NCBI GenBank assembly: GCA_032718475.1
Contig: JAUCBJ010006847.1
Span: forward strand, 1-64,000
Length of the DNA stretch: 64,000 nucleotides
DNA from: Nemertoderma westbladi
Taxonomy: Eukaryota > Animalia > Xenacoelomorpha
Direction: 5' to 3'
Under the pieces are notes generated by a model. The model did not search any database, had not been told where the DNA came from, and worked only from the letters and a program-made list of their open reading frames with translations. This document shows positions 37,126 to 50,413 of the stretch, piece after piece (the stretch's first letter is position 1; each line of letters starts with the position of its first letter). The position numbers were made by a program, and so were the translations under genes.

Positions 37126-39834
37126 TACACCTGAAGCTCAGTTTCTTATATTTTCATTATCTCGACGCTAGAGTCGCACACAATAATTACCCAATAGCAT
37201 GCTAGTCATCTGGTATAAGCTCATTTGGATGTATCCCATAACTAATTGTACGAAATAAACAATAATAGCTATGCTATTCTTTTATTGTTTATGTTCTGTG
37301 TAAGGTCGGTCAACTGGAATCGCTCCCCTACGGTGCAATGACGGTAGGCCCAAATGCACTTGAAAACAAACCTCAACTCAAATACACTTTCCAAGTTCAG
37401 CAAAGTTATCAAATCAAAAAACAGTGTAATTGATCAGCCGGCGAAAAAAGTTGTTGGTTGGCAACCATGTATGTTCAACCCAGGAGGTTGCCGTACTACT
37501 ATTGATGGGCCGCGATATTATTGACATGCCGCATATTTCCAATGCAGTCTCGACACTGGGAATGGAATTCAACCTAAAGTAAGAACCAATCAGAGCCTGC
37601 AAAGGAATCTGAGACTGTGTGGGATTTGGGAATACACCACAGTTGGGGGATGTGTGTGGGTGTGCAGACTGAAACGCCTGCGAAGTGGAGTGCTAATTAG
37701 GAGAAAATACAAATATGTAATAATTATAAAGAGGGTGTTTTTGTAATTAATTATTAGTTAATTTTAATATTATTAGTTAATTTTATTGAATTTCTATTTC
37801 ATTTTTAAGGATAACTTTGATAACATAATAATATACAGGTACATGTAGTGAAATGAAATGAACTCAGGATTGATTATGTTTTGCTATATTTTTAGCGACA
37901 GGGCATGACCTAACCGACAAGTATCCCGACTACAGCCAACTACGAAACCGTTTCCGCAACCATTATGTTATGTAAATATGCTAGCAACCATTCTACCATT
38001 GCAGCATTGTTAGATTTAACAAAACAATTAAATGGAATAAGCGAAAACGGACTGTTTATTTAGCCTGGTCTGCCAGTAGTTACCACTGTCTGACCAGTAG
38101 CCAGGTCTGCCTAATGTTTACAATTAAAAACAAAGTCAGAAAGTTGTTCCACTAAATTTAGTGGACAACCATTGCATAATTGTTAGGTTTAACAAAACAA
38201 TTAGGCCTAAAGGGAATAAGCGAAAACGGACTGTTTACACTTGTCTGCCAGTAGTGACGCCTAATAAAACTACTGGTTTACAAGTAAAAACAAAGTCAGA
38301 AAGTCGGCCCACTAATTTTGGTGGAGTGCTGCAGCTTGCCAGGTCGTATTATAGTAGGCCTAGGTCATGGGGCAGGGTATCATAAGATATGATCAAATTC
38401 AGGAAGGCAACAAACAATCGGCGCACCATTGCAAATGCAGAATATTAAATTATAAGAATTGAAATCATAATATTTTTTGAATTTGAAATTGCACAATTCC
38501 CATTTTACATTACGCAAGGTTTACTGTAATGCGTCATGTCTGTGATAATCCCAGAGTCTCTGATTCCCACTATCATCCCCAGTTATAAAGGAATCAACAA
38601 TATATGTAACCCGAATATATATGTAATAATATCAACCAGCAGACTGAACCATGTTCATTAGGTAGGATTACCAGTAGGTCATACTAGGCAGTATATCAGT
38701 ATATCCATGCAAGGTGTTACGATATATGGCGCTGTGTTCCGAAGCAGCCCACTATACACTATAAAGTATTTTAGATAAGTCATAATAATGTACGGCCATG
38801 ATTAGATAGGGACAATAAAATATCCAAGTTTATATATTTCATCCGTTTTTTGTATAGTATGTAGTTCGCGTACGTAATTTTATAATAAAATCTCAATAAA
38901 TAACATTTATGGTAGCAAGCTCCTATAAAACCCTAATACGAACTTGCCGTTTATTAATATTGACTGAATTAATTGTGTATTTGTGTTAATTTCCATTTAT
39001 ATTTCTTTCTAAGTTGGCTTTATATCGAATTATGCGTAATGTGCTTTAATAATCGCGAAAGTAATGTTATGGCCAGCAACCTATAAGCCCACCGGGACAG
39101 AATTCATTACCATATATGGTAATAATTTGTGAAATAGGGGGGAAAGGGATCACAACCCGGTTTCCCCATTGGCCCAGCTGTTTTAGGTTAGTCTAATGGT
39201 GGCATGGCTTGCTGGACCAATGAGACGATTATTGCGTCATCCTTATTTCATCAGCTATAAATTGGCCGTGTTCCGGTATGTGCTAAGGCCCTTTTTTATG
39301 CGGTACCTAATCCTGTTAACCTGTTAATGCTGTGTTAATGTTTTCTGCTTCAGTATACCTTATACCTGTTAGCTTTCTATACTTTTTCTATGATTTGAAT
39401 TCCTTGCTTTCTTTTCTTCAAATTATGTAAATTGGTAATAATAATTCTGCTGATTACTTCTGAATTACAATCTTGAACTATGATTTCTACATTTGACTCT
39501 TGATTTCTATGTAATTGAGATGCGATAATCCTTACGGGATTTCTTTCAGACTGTCAGACTGTTTGTGAATGCATGCGCCGATACTGTAGCTATTTGTTTT
39601 AGCATGGAGGGCTAAGGTACCGGTAGGCGCGGCGTGCGCACCGGGGGGAAGCGACGGAAGGGAGTGCGGAGGATCCAAAGTGGGTAACGTTGGCGGGGGG
39701 GCCACTGTTGCGGTCGGGATAATGAGTTAAGGACCGGGGACCAGCCATTGTTACAGTATTAGGGGGCTGACGATCCAGGTTTTGTCTCAACCTTGTAGTG
39801 TTGGGGGCAGAATTTGGGTTTAGTTAGGAAGCCT

Positions 39835-40890
39835 TTACCATCCATAGAGGTAAAATGCTTGAAATCCTAAGAGCTTACGGAATACCAGAAGTAATTATTG
39901 CTGGCATTGGATTGTTATATTGTGACACAGAAGCGCAGGTACTCTCACCAGATGGTGAAACTTGAGTTTTTCTCAATCCTGGCTGGCGTACTGCAAGGTG
40001 ACACATTAGCACCATTACTATTTGTAATTGTGCTGGATTACGCAATGCGGGCGGCCACAAAGGGTGAAGATCTGGGATTCACACTTCAAGAACGCAGAAG
40101 TAGTAGATATCCGGCAACTACAGTCACAGACACCGACTTTGCGGATGACATCGCCCTGCTCTCTAATACGCTAGCAGATGCACAGCTTCTACTAAATAAA
40201 GTGGAGAGGGCTGCTAAGGAGGTTGGATTGCAAATAAATGCTACCAAGACCGAATTCATGACCTTTAATGTTGATGGAAACTTGACAACCATTGATAATA
40301 ATCAACTAAGGAAGGTCGATGACTTCCAGTACCTTGGATCATGGATAGAGAGTAGCAAAAAGGACATAGAAGTTAGGAAAGCAAAGGCTTGGGTAGCTCT
40401 ATCAAAAATGGATACCATCTGGAAATCAGATCTCTCCAGGCACCTGAAGACTAAGTTCTTTCGAGCCACAGTGGAAAGTGTATTTTTAAACGGGGGTGAG
40501 ACCTGGACACTGACTAAATCACTTGAACAACGAATTGATGGTTGCTACACAAGACTACTAAGGGCAGCCCTAAACATCAGCTGGAGACAACATATGACAA
40601 ACGCCGAGCTTTATGGTACAATACCACCTGTATCAACCACCCTCCGTTAACGCAGATTAAGATTCAGTGGGCACTGCTGGCGAAGTAAAGACGAGGTCAT
40701 ACCAGATCTACTTCTCTGGCAACCAACTCATGGAAAGCGTAGTCGTGGACGACCTGCCATAACATATATAGATCAACTTGAAAGGGATACTGAACTTGGG
40801 AGAAACGAAATTGCGACAACTATGGAGAATCGGGAAGCCTGGAAGGATCTCATTTCCACTGTCCGAGTTCGCTCGACCTAGTAGTAGTAG
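39835..40890 (+). mobile_element. 5'-truncated RTE-type LINE (second family), RT C-terminal part
   Basis: GVLQGDTLAP...DTDFADDIALL...FQYLGS...GETWTL; (tag)n tail; TSD taggaagcct at 39825-39834 and 40891-40900. Confidence 0.92.
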
Positions 40891-41754
40891 TAGGAAGCCT
40901 ATGTGTGACTTTGGGTGGCCTATATGTCTTACACTGACTGATTGACATAGTGGTATGCTGAGTTACTAATGTGCGGGCTTTAGTACACTAGAGACTGGTA
41001 GTTAGCGCTATCTGCCGTACTACTAGCTTATTGCTACGCTATTTGTGTTGTGTTGCTAAGGAGTGCCTGATTCTTAAATGTGAATGCTTAGATAGGCGCT
41101 GTTTCCTTGATTGCTTTCTATTTCTTAGTTTATGCTTATTAATTGCTGATTATGTCAAAATAATACAGTATTTAGGCTGTTGCTAGTATAACCCAGTACA
41201 TAATAAATTAGAAGTACATATTCTGGAATATCTAGTAAATAGTACGCAAATTCGTATTTATGACTGTAATTAATTTAGAGATATTAAAATAAAATAAAGA
41301 ATTTGTACACAGCATAGCAGAGAGTAGTTTAGGTAATTGTTTTAGAATACCGTAGACTATTCACGCTAGGCAGTTATTTGAAAACAGCGGGGCAACAGGC
41401 TGATAGCAGTATCCAGTATACAGTACAGCAGAAGTAAATTCGCTGGTCTAAAACCAGCCAAAGGGCCAAGTTTCGACAATAAGAAAATAAGTAGATTTAT
41501 TTCGTTATTAAACATAAAATATTCTCACATTCAACACATTCCGCCCTGTAAATTCCAGCGTTTTTGTGATAAGTGACAACACTATCTAGACCACCTGCAC
41601 TCGTTTTAAGTAGCTTAGGGAGCCGATTCAGGTTTATTGTTTTGGTTATTCCTGCGTGGCTCATAGATTCGAACAGTTAGCTCTCTGTTGCGCAATCAAT
41701 AGAGAAAGGAGCAAGCGATTTGTCGGAGCCGTATAGTAAATAATAGTAAAATCA

Positions 41755-43000
41755 TTGTAGTGGACGGCCCGGCTCGCGCCGCTTAACAGTAAGACACAGT
41801 TGCTGTTTGCGGTATCGTTCAACAGTAAGACACACCTTTTGTGTTTTACTGCTCGCGCTTGCTTAACACAAGCCATACTGCTGTATGCCTAATAACAGAA
41901 TAACTAATATCCCTATATATCTATAACACATGCAGTATCTAGTCCTACTACAACATCCCCTCACGAGCTCAGACGATAGGAAGTGCATCAATCTAAATAA
42001 GAGTTATTGAATATACTCAAAGTCTATCTGGGGCGTGTCTTTTCGCGCTTTGGATAGTTTTTATGGGGAGGTATGCGAGTTTCCGCCACTAGGGGTGTGC
42101 CCCAGGCAACAGTTTGTTTCGGAGAACTTTCCAGAGTCTTTATTGAGGGTGAACACAATGATGGGGGCTCAGGTTCTGCAGTGACCCCAACCGTTTTGTC
42201 CTTGATTAGATGACGGTGGTTGCAAGACAGACATTGCCCTGATGGAGTTTTCACCTGATACTGTCAATGTTGGTTTGCTTTGACAACTTGCCCTTGACAG
42301 CCCCACTGCTTGGTTGTTGGATTCCGAATCCGAACTTGAGATCCCACTGTGGCAGTGGTTAAGTGGTTTTGCCCCCAGGGTTGTAACCTGACTCGGCTCG
42401 CTGTTTCAGCTGTTGAGTTATTTTATCAAGCTGATTACGAACAGATTGGTGCATTGCTGTGAATGCACGACTATGGGCAGGTACTCCGAATCTGGTGGCC
42501 GAAAAGAATCTCAGCTGGGAAGAAACCTGTTTCAGGCAGAGAGTTTCTGAACCTGAGAAGCCCCTCGAGGAATGTATTGGAGGTGTCTAATCCGCCAGTT
42601 TTAGTAAGGAGGGCCTTTACATCTTTTACTGTGGCTTCCGCATGGCAATTTCCCTGTGGGTACTTGGCTGAAGAGAGGCATCTGTTAACACCTCATTCCT
42701 CCAAGAACATAGTGGTTGCCTCAGCCGTAAACTGGGTTTCACCATCAGAGCGTATCCAGGTTGGTATTCCAAATCTGGTGAATATCTTGCGGAGGTTGCA
42801 GGTGAGGGTGGTGGCCATAGGAGGAGAAAAGTGGCTGAAGTTCTCAGGCCAGCCTGAGTAACGATCGGTAACAACAAGGTAGTCTTTGGCATTGAGTTTA
42901 AAGTAGTCCGCTGAGGTATCCTCAAATGGACGAGAGGGGTGGTTTCAGGGAGAAGCAGCTCCTTGGGGTGACCTGTCAAAATTTGAGGCAGGCATTACAG
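41755..43000 (-). mobile_element. Ty3/Gypsy LTR retrotransposon remnant: decayed integrase, PPT and ~200-bp 3' LTR
   Basis: Minus frames give DYLVVTDRYSGWPE, FTRFGIPTWIRSDGETQF, YPQGNCHAEATVK and PAEILFGHQIRS; purine tract gagggga abuts TGTTGTAG at 41955. Confidence 0.82.
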
Positions 43001-43379
43001 GAACCCACACTGTTTCATATATATATATGTGATATTATTCTTCGTTAGTGGTTATTAGTGGTTCGTAGCAATGGCAAGCTGTAAATCTAGCTTTATTAAG
43101 GATTAAGGATCGTTAAGTAAATATTAGATTCGTTGAGAAATAGCTGAGATATCGGCGTTCAAAAATTGCAGGTATTTGCATCCACCATAACCTGCAGGTC
43201 ATTTATTATATTTCATACATACACAAATTTTTTTAGACATTATTATCTATTTATTTGTTTGATGAGTATTAATAGTTTGATGTCATTTTACTATTGTGTA
43301 GTAGCTACTCATTTAAATAAACAAAATATTCCAGAATATTATTTATTACAGTACAGCAGTATACAGTAGACAAATTGAA

Positions 43380-43520
43380 GACTATGACTTTCTTGAGACG
43401 CCTCTTAAAAGACACTAGCCTTGAAGTGGTGGATGATCTCGCAAAAGTCAAGGGTGATAGGGAGTTGCGGTGGCGCAATATAGTCGACAGCCCAGCATTG
43501 CATTCTTAATGCAGCTTCTA
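43380..43520 (+). mobile_element. Short 3' fragment of the RTE-type LINE
   Basis: MTFLRRLLKDTSLEVVDDLAKVKGDREL matches the ORF end of 61473-61727. Confidence 0.7.
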
Positions 43521-44544
43521 GATAGATAATTGAAACCTGAAAAAGGTAGACAGTCCAATCACTACGAAAGAGCATTGCATTAATACGTTTCTGATTAGTA
43601 AGACTATTATCAATGTTTTATGTGCCTGTGTCCATCCAGTCCACCTTTTTCAAACACACATCTTGTTCCCAATTATGTAATTAAGAAATCGACAACTTGA
43701 AAAAGGTGGACAGTCCAATCCCTACAAACTGCTTTGCTTAATACGTTTCTGATTGGACTGTCCATTGTCCATGTTTTCTGTGTCCAGTCAACCTTTTTCA
43801 AACACCCATCACGGATTGGTCGTTGCTTCAGGTTGAATTACAATGCCAGTGTTGAGTCTGTTTGGGGTTTAGAAATATTCTGAGGGATCAGCGCCAGATC
43901 ACGGCAGTTCATGCATGATAAGGCATGGTATATCGCATATCACATTACGATAATAAATGGGTGGTGTTGTGTGATAATGCATAGTACAACAAAATAGCAT
44001 AATGCAGTATAACACTGGGTGGTACAGCACATCAGTGCAATTTACAGCATGGGACACCATGTCATGGTATAAGAATGGTACATGATAGTTGTACCAACAT
44101 GAGCTTTTGGTATAAAATTGTAACTGCTTGTTTTGTACCTGCATGCTACAGAAAGCATAAAACATCATACTACGAAATGCATGAGCATCTCATGGGATGA
44201 ATAGTAAAGCATTCCATGATGGATAGCATGTTGTAGAACACTCTAGCATAGGATAAAACAGTATGGCCCTGAGGCAGGGCTGGGATCGCATGGCATCATA
44301 CTACATAATAGCAATGGCATGTACACATCAATGCAGATAAAGCATATCGGATAAGCATGATCATACTTTACTTTGGACATTATGGAATGGTGAATCTCAT
44401 ACAGCACAGGATCGTTACAAGCCAGCTTGCTGGTATTTCTAGTATTATGAAATATAATAATCTTAATATGTTGATAGAACTGTTACCTTTTTTTATAATA
44501 ATAATTATGATATTCTTAAAAGCATAAATTTGTATTTCGATAAA

Positions 44545-44945
44545 ATGACAAAGGTATATATTATCATCAAATATACTGGGTTTTCCGGACTGAAGTGGTC
44601 TGGAGACATTTTAGGTTTGGTCGACAATCCGGGTAGAATTGTGACACTCGAAGAAATTCATGTGGGGTCGAGTGTGGCGTGGGTAACCACAGAAGTTGCT
44701 GATCTAATAATATGGGTTGTTACACCAGAATTGTTGGAATTTCTACAGGAGTACACCCAAGAAATTTTACGGGGACCTCTGGGCATCGCTGTGTTGTTTG
44801 AGAGTACGCCAACAGTAGATGGTGGGGAACTGGTAACGGAATGCAGGTTACCGCTTACAGCTGCATTGCTACCAGTAGCCTGTAGGGCCAAATGGATAAT
44901 CATTAACGGTATTGAAGAAGGAATGTCTGACAAGTTTAAGAAGGA
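44545..44945 (+). CDS. BCAP/BANK1/Dof-family adaptor copy 3, exon 1 (TIR-like domain)
   Basis: ATG 44545, GA/gtaagt donor; close paralogue of copy 1 exon 1. Confidence 0.8.
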
Positions 44946-45680
44946 GTAAGTATTTATAATTGGATCTACTCATCTCCATATTCATTAAGACCACAAATTG
45001 TAGCAAGTCGCCCATGATCACAGTTAATCATTAATTGGAGCGGTAGAGCTTGTTTAAGTAACACATGGTTTACTATTATATATAGCCTAAAATATTTTTT
45101 AAAATTTATTTAAATATTCTTTCCAACATTGATCAGACTTTGCGGAATTTAAATAACTTTTTGTGGAACTCATTGCACGTATAGAATTGCCTATATATCT
45201 TTTGGCACTGAATAACATATTTTAGTCCTGTGAATCATTTGGACCTGGGGAATCTTTAGAACTATGGAACATCTGGAACCAGCTTCGCCCACCCAGCTGT
45301 AATGATTACCTGGCTTGTGCAGGTCGTATAAGGAAAGTGTTTTACAAAGGGGGAGGGAGTATTCGACCTTGGGAGAAAGTTTACATCATCTCTACTTTAT
45401 AGTTAACGTGGTAAGACCATTGGTAAGACCAATGAGGTAAGACCATTGGAACCTCCTGGATTTCGTGTTCACATTCACCAATAACTTTACTGAACTTATA
45501 TACCATTAACCCTGTGCATCTATTATATGGAAATCACTAATAACGTCTTAGAACACCTCTACATGGTGTTGATACCATAAATGAATACGCCTACTACTCG
45601 TTAGGAAAAATATGTTTGAACGAATAATTAAATATATTGTGACAATTATAGTTTCTGACCTCAATCATTTCTATTTTCAG

Positions 45681-47046
45681 GTTTGTTGTTGAAGTAAATA
45701 GTACTCTATCAGAATTCCAAACATTGGAAGTGGAAACGAATTCACTATCATATGAGACTAGAGACACCCTTCTTAACGATGTACCATATGACGAATATAT
45801 TTATTACAATCCACCTGCTCCGGAAATTGCTGATGTTAGCCTTACCAGAGTATCATGTGACGAATGTGACGAATATATATATTACAACCCACCCGCTCCT
45901 AAACTTCCTGATGTTATGCAAAAATATAATAGAAAACTATTAAAAAGAAGAAATGCCGGCGTTTCTGGTACATTAGCAGGTGTATTTAATACCAAGATAA
46001 AGTACAAGTCGAGCAACAAAGCAAATCTGAAGGAAATTAGAATAGTTCCTAGTAAAGACATCTATACTGTAGGAGATATGATCGTTATAATATTACACCT
46101 TGGAAAACGACAAGCCAAGAAGGAATACACAATAAAATTCACTTTAAAAGAAACTTATAAAACTACGAAAGCGATGCCCGAATTGAATAATATGTTGGAA
46201 TGCAGTATACCGGATTTAGTAGGTTCCGTAAACATTGAGGTATTAACTCAAGATAAGGTCAGTTCATCCAGAATACTCGTACAATCATGTAATGACTATT
46301 TGGCAACAGTGTTAAGGAAAACTTTAAATCCATTTGAGTTTATCAAAGATTGCACAGGAGCAAAAGACAGAGATGAATTGGACGACATTATGTGTGGAGA
46401 ATTCGCAAAGAAAAAACCTCAGTTTGTATTCGACCTCCCACCACGAGGCAAGTTTGTCAGATCTTATACAATGCTGCACTTTGCAGCTGAATTTGGCCTT
46501 CCCAAACTTTGTATGATGTTGTTGGATTGCCCGGGATCTAATGGTGGAATTGGTATCAAAAATCGCGACAACTTGACGCCGATACAATTGTCCCATAGAG
46601 CCGGTTATTCAGAATTGAGTGAAGTTTTACTTGATCGGTCTTCTGGTGGAACGCCCAGAGATAATGGAGTAGTTGATTGGGAATATAACCCCCTCGTTAG
46701 AGAAGATTCATTTCGAGACATCGAGGGTGATGATTATGATAATTTAGAAGATTACCTTTTGAAGTCTGAAGATGATGAGTATGAAGATACTTACAGTGTT
46801 ATCTCAAACATACAATCAGAGTCAATGGGAGATCTGGATGTACCTACTTCAATAACTTGGAATAAGGATGAGTACCTTGAGAATATTTCCCAGCAGCTCA
46901 TAATTGGCGAGATAGACAAGGAAAGGTTCTGTGAGTTATACGAGATGATCTTCCCTTCAGATACAGGGAAAAATAAAACAAATCAAAGTGATTCTAAACA
47001 GAAAAAAACTCGCACTAGACAGAGAAGCAACAGTGCTAACCAATAG
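45681..47046 (+). CDS. BCAP/BANK1/Dof-family adaptor copy 3, exon 2 (DBB + ankyrin); spliced protein ~588 aa
   Basis: ttttcag acceptor in phase 2; same DBB/ANK motifs; duplicated DEYIYYNPPAP in the linker. Confidence 0.88.
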
Positions 47047-48504
47047 GGGGAAATGAAGCAGAATGGTTGATAAAGCTGCAGTTATCGCGATTCATGCGGA
47101 GTTCTTGTATGTCAGTATTACAGTTTTAGAGGAATTCTATTTCGTAACTATACTTTGCTTTTCATATATAGATATATGCGGTTGTAGAACATTTTAACAT
47201 TTATCTGGTATTCATTCGAGCATTACATATATATATTAATATAGAAATAATTTTAAGTTTGCAGAATTGACTCACAAATCAGAAATCGTTCTCTGAAAAA
47301 ATTTGGTGAGGAATGGTTTTATGGTAGCATCAATGAATTGGTACATAACCAGGATTACTATTCACCTAATTTAAATTTATTAAAATATAAAATATTATGC
47401 ATCTTGCTAAAGTGCAGCAAAAACTGTACTGAAGATAAATATAATTTTTGTTTCCAGACAAATTGATGAAATAGAGTATCAGTCATTCATTCATAACTAA
47501 CAGTTCAGTAAAGCCGTTACTGGCAGTAAAGTCTTTACTGGCCGTCAGACAATGAATAAATTATATTTGTAAAATGATTAGATTAATACTGTGAAAATGC
47601 ATATACGAAAGGAAAAAATCCCCTTTTGTTTCAAAGGGTCTGTGTCCCGCAAGCTGAACTGCTATTATTCTATTCTATCTACAAAATTTTTTTTGACCTA
47701 CCTAAGCATATACCAACCAGGTCCAGATATGGTATGAAAGTTTTGTGAAATTGTGTACCACCGTCGTCACCCCTGACCTGCACGTATACGTTGTCGCCAC
47801 TGCCACAAGTATGCACCATACAAAGGAGTGGAGGATCAAGTCTAAATTAAATTTCATCAACCAAAACAAAAACAAACTGCTTCCCGCGATATGTTCATAC
47901 CCATTCGTGGGTCGTCGAAACATAAAAATTGAGGCGCCTCCTATCCCTCCGATTAGGACTGTACTAAGAAATTCCACAACTAAACTTTTGACCATCATCG
48001 TAACAAAACTACAGAGTGATTAAATAATAATTAGCTACCGACGCTGGGTATTATTGTCAAAATGATGAACAGCATTGGCAATCTGAACTGTGTGTGACGG
48101 AAATGGTTGGCTCAGCTCCCGACCGTTGACTTTTTGTTAGGGCTTGTTTCTTAAATCGCTAGCTTAGGCTGCAGATAGCTGTTGGGGTCTGGCTAAAGAA
48201 ACTTAGTTGCTGTTCTTTTTGCTGCATAATATATACACCGGTAGGTGACTGCAATGTAACTGGCTAAGATGCTAGACCTGTAGCCGCTGCTGCAGCATTG
48301 CTGCATGCACTTAAGCTAGAGGCACAAAACGTTTCACCCATAATGTGTTAAATTGCCAACTGCCGCTCTGTCTGATCAGGGATGGGCCTACTGTAACTGA
48401 TGTCAGCTGAACGGTAAACTGTGAGTTGATAATCGCACCAATGGTGGTCTTAGTTGATACGCCCTGTTCATTGGCTGCTGATATCACGAGATTTCATATT
48501 CCCT

Positions 48505-49202
48505 GGGACTGTTGCACCAAGCACTGGTTACCAGCTACCAGTTCCACCAGTTACCAGCTAAACTTGTTGCAATAAAGTCACAAGCAATCACTGGTATCCA
48601 TCCACCACTGGTAAACCAGCGATTTTACCAGTAAATTCGCTGGTATTATCAGTGACTGTTGCACAAAGACTACCAGTTCTTTTAATTAACTGGTTGGCCC
48701 TGGTTACCGTTACTATCATAATTATCGCGGGAATTCCTGAAGACCAGTTGTGGTAACCAAAAATAATAATAATTATAAATAAGCGAATATTGCGGCCACA
48801 GGCCTTTAAGCAACGCTAATGGTAAAAATATTTTTATCATTAGCGTTGCTTAAAGGTTTAAGCAACGCTAATGGTAAAAATATTTTTATCATTAGCGTTG
48901 CTTAAAGGCCTGTGGCCGCAATATTCGCTTATTTATAATTATTATTATTATTGGTTACCACAACTGGTCTTCAGGAATTCCCGCGAGAATGAAGACTACC
49001 AGTTTATGGAACTGGTGGAACTTTACTGGTAAAAAACATCCAATTCTTATCAGTCGCGTTGTGACTGATAAGGTTTGTACCAGTCGGTTATATGCTTAGT
49101 TGATATCTTACACTAGGCTATACAGTACTGTAAGGTAAATTTAGTTTCAGTTCAAGTTGATATCTGACACTACCAGTATACTGTACGGTAAATATCTGAC
49201 AC
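48505..49202 (+). mobile_element. Probable left arm of a PIF/Harbinger DNA transposon
   Basis: Starts gggactgttgcaccaa, dense accag/ctggt subterminal repeats; the sequence resumes after the LTR element and leads into the Harbinger transposase. Confidence 0.5.
48725..48986. repeat. 262-bp near-perfect foldback with a duplicated central hairpin
   Basis: Left arm tcgcgggaattcctgaagaccagttgtggtaacc... is mirrored by ...ggttaccacaactggtcttcaggaattcccgcga. Confidence 0.95.
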
Positions 49203-50413
49203 TGTAAAGGCTTTTGCGTAATTAGCCGGTTATTTTCCCCATAAAGTACTCTGTAGTTGGTTTACCAGGCATAAAAAGGCCGTATCCTTACTGTACTGGT
49301 GTTTTAGAGGACATAAAAGTAATTTCTGCTGTATGTGTACTTTAGCGGACATAATCCGCAATTCTATGACGTAAAAGCCGAAATACTCTTGAACAGTGTA
49401 GTTACTATGACGACAGCTAATAGCTGAGCTGTACACGTGGAGCCTCTGCACGGAGCCTTGGTTCTTTGTTCTGCTCAACTCAGATGACGACATCTATCAG
49501 CTGTGTCCACGTCAGTTCGACCAATCAGAGATTTTCCCTTTGTGTAAAAAGCTGTACAGCAGAATCCCATGATTCAGTACTGACGATTCCCCCACGCCTT
49601 GAACACCGGCCGGGGAATGTTTTCTGACATTAGAGCGTCTTTAATTATAAGATCATCAAACTGTTATCTCGGTACTGACTACAGCACCTCGGTCTTGGTT
49701 AACTTGGTCAACTTGGTTAAGTACACTTGCATTATTTACTGCTATTTACTGTGTTGTTAATTGTATCGTTCGTTTACATATTATTATTGGGAAGAATATT
49801 GATAACGATCCGAAACCCCAATCTTCTTGATACACTAAGGTTAGAGAGACCGGTTACATATAACAATTTGCGACATACATTATCGTGGTTTGTAGTGAGT
49901 TCAATGCTACTTAATAGGCCCTACAAATGTCGGTTGCTGTTCTCTTTATATATGATTAAAATCAGTGAATATCGGCAATTCATGTATGCAGTTGTGTGCA
50001 ATAGTCTGTGTGTGCTTGACCGAGTAACAAAGCATTTCCTAAAGAATGCACTTTGGTGATCTATAAGACATACCGTTGTGTATAGTGTAAGTCATAGCTC
50101 TGTTTAAATAGATAGAGTGCCACGTCCTAAAGGAACTGCTAATATTTCCCGAAAGTGAATAATATTCGTCAGAGATTATATATTAACGATCAATCGAATA
50201 GTACGGTAGGCCTGCACCGCAATCAAATTAAAGCATCCAAATCCAGTCTCCCGGGTATATCCAGCGGGTGAATGGTCGCGCACAGACTGGCTTTGGCTAA
50301 TGTTAGAATTATTATAGGTGTTCAATACTTGTCATAGGCTGGAGTAGATTTATAACCTAGAAGACATATAGATTTGGCGGGTTAAACTGCCAAAGGTCTT
50401 AAAAGCGCGAATA
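49203..50413 (+). repeat. 5' LTR
   Basis: TG start; about 5 substitutions by eye relative to 58882-60092; ends TA rather than CA. Confidence 0.95.

Noticed and set aside
37414-37602. Possible upstream pappalysin exon (HTWLP resembling HAWYP)
   Set aside because: In-frame stop before any suitable phase-0 donor; similarity too weak
47702-47998. Possible minus-strand exon (LDPPLLCMVHTCGSG... ending at gtaggt)
   Set aside because: No convincing match to pappalysin or any family I recognise; phase does not fit the 20267 acceptor
49230-50059. 87-aa and 110-aa ORFs, repeated at 58909-59738
   Set aside because: They lie inside the LTRs, so the duplication is trivial; no recognisable domain
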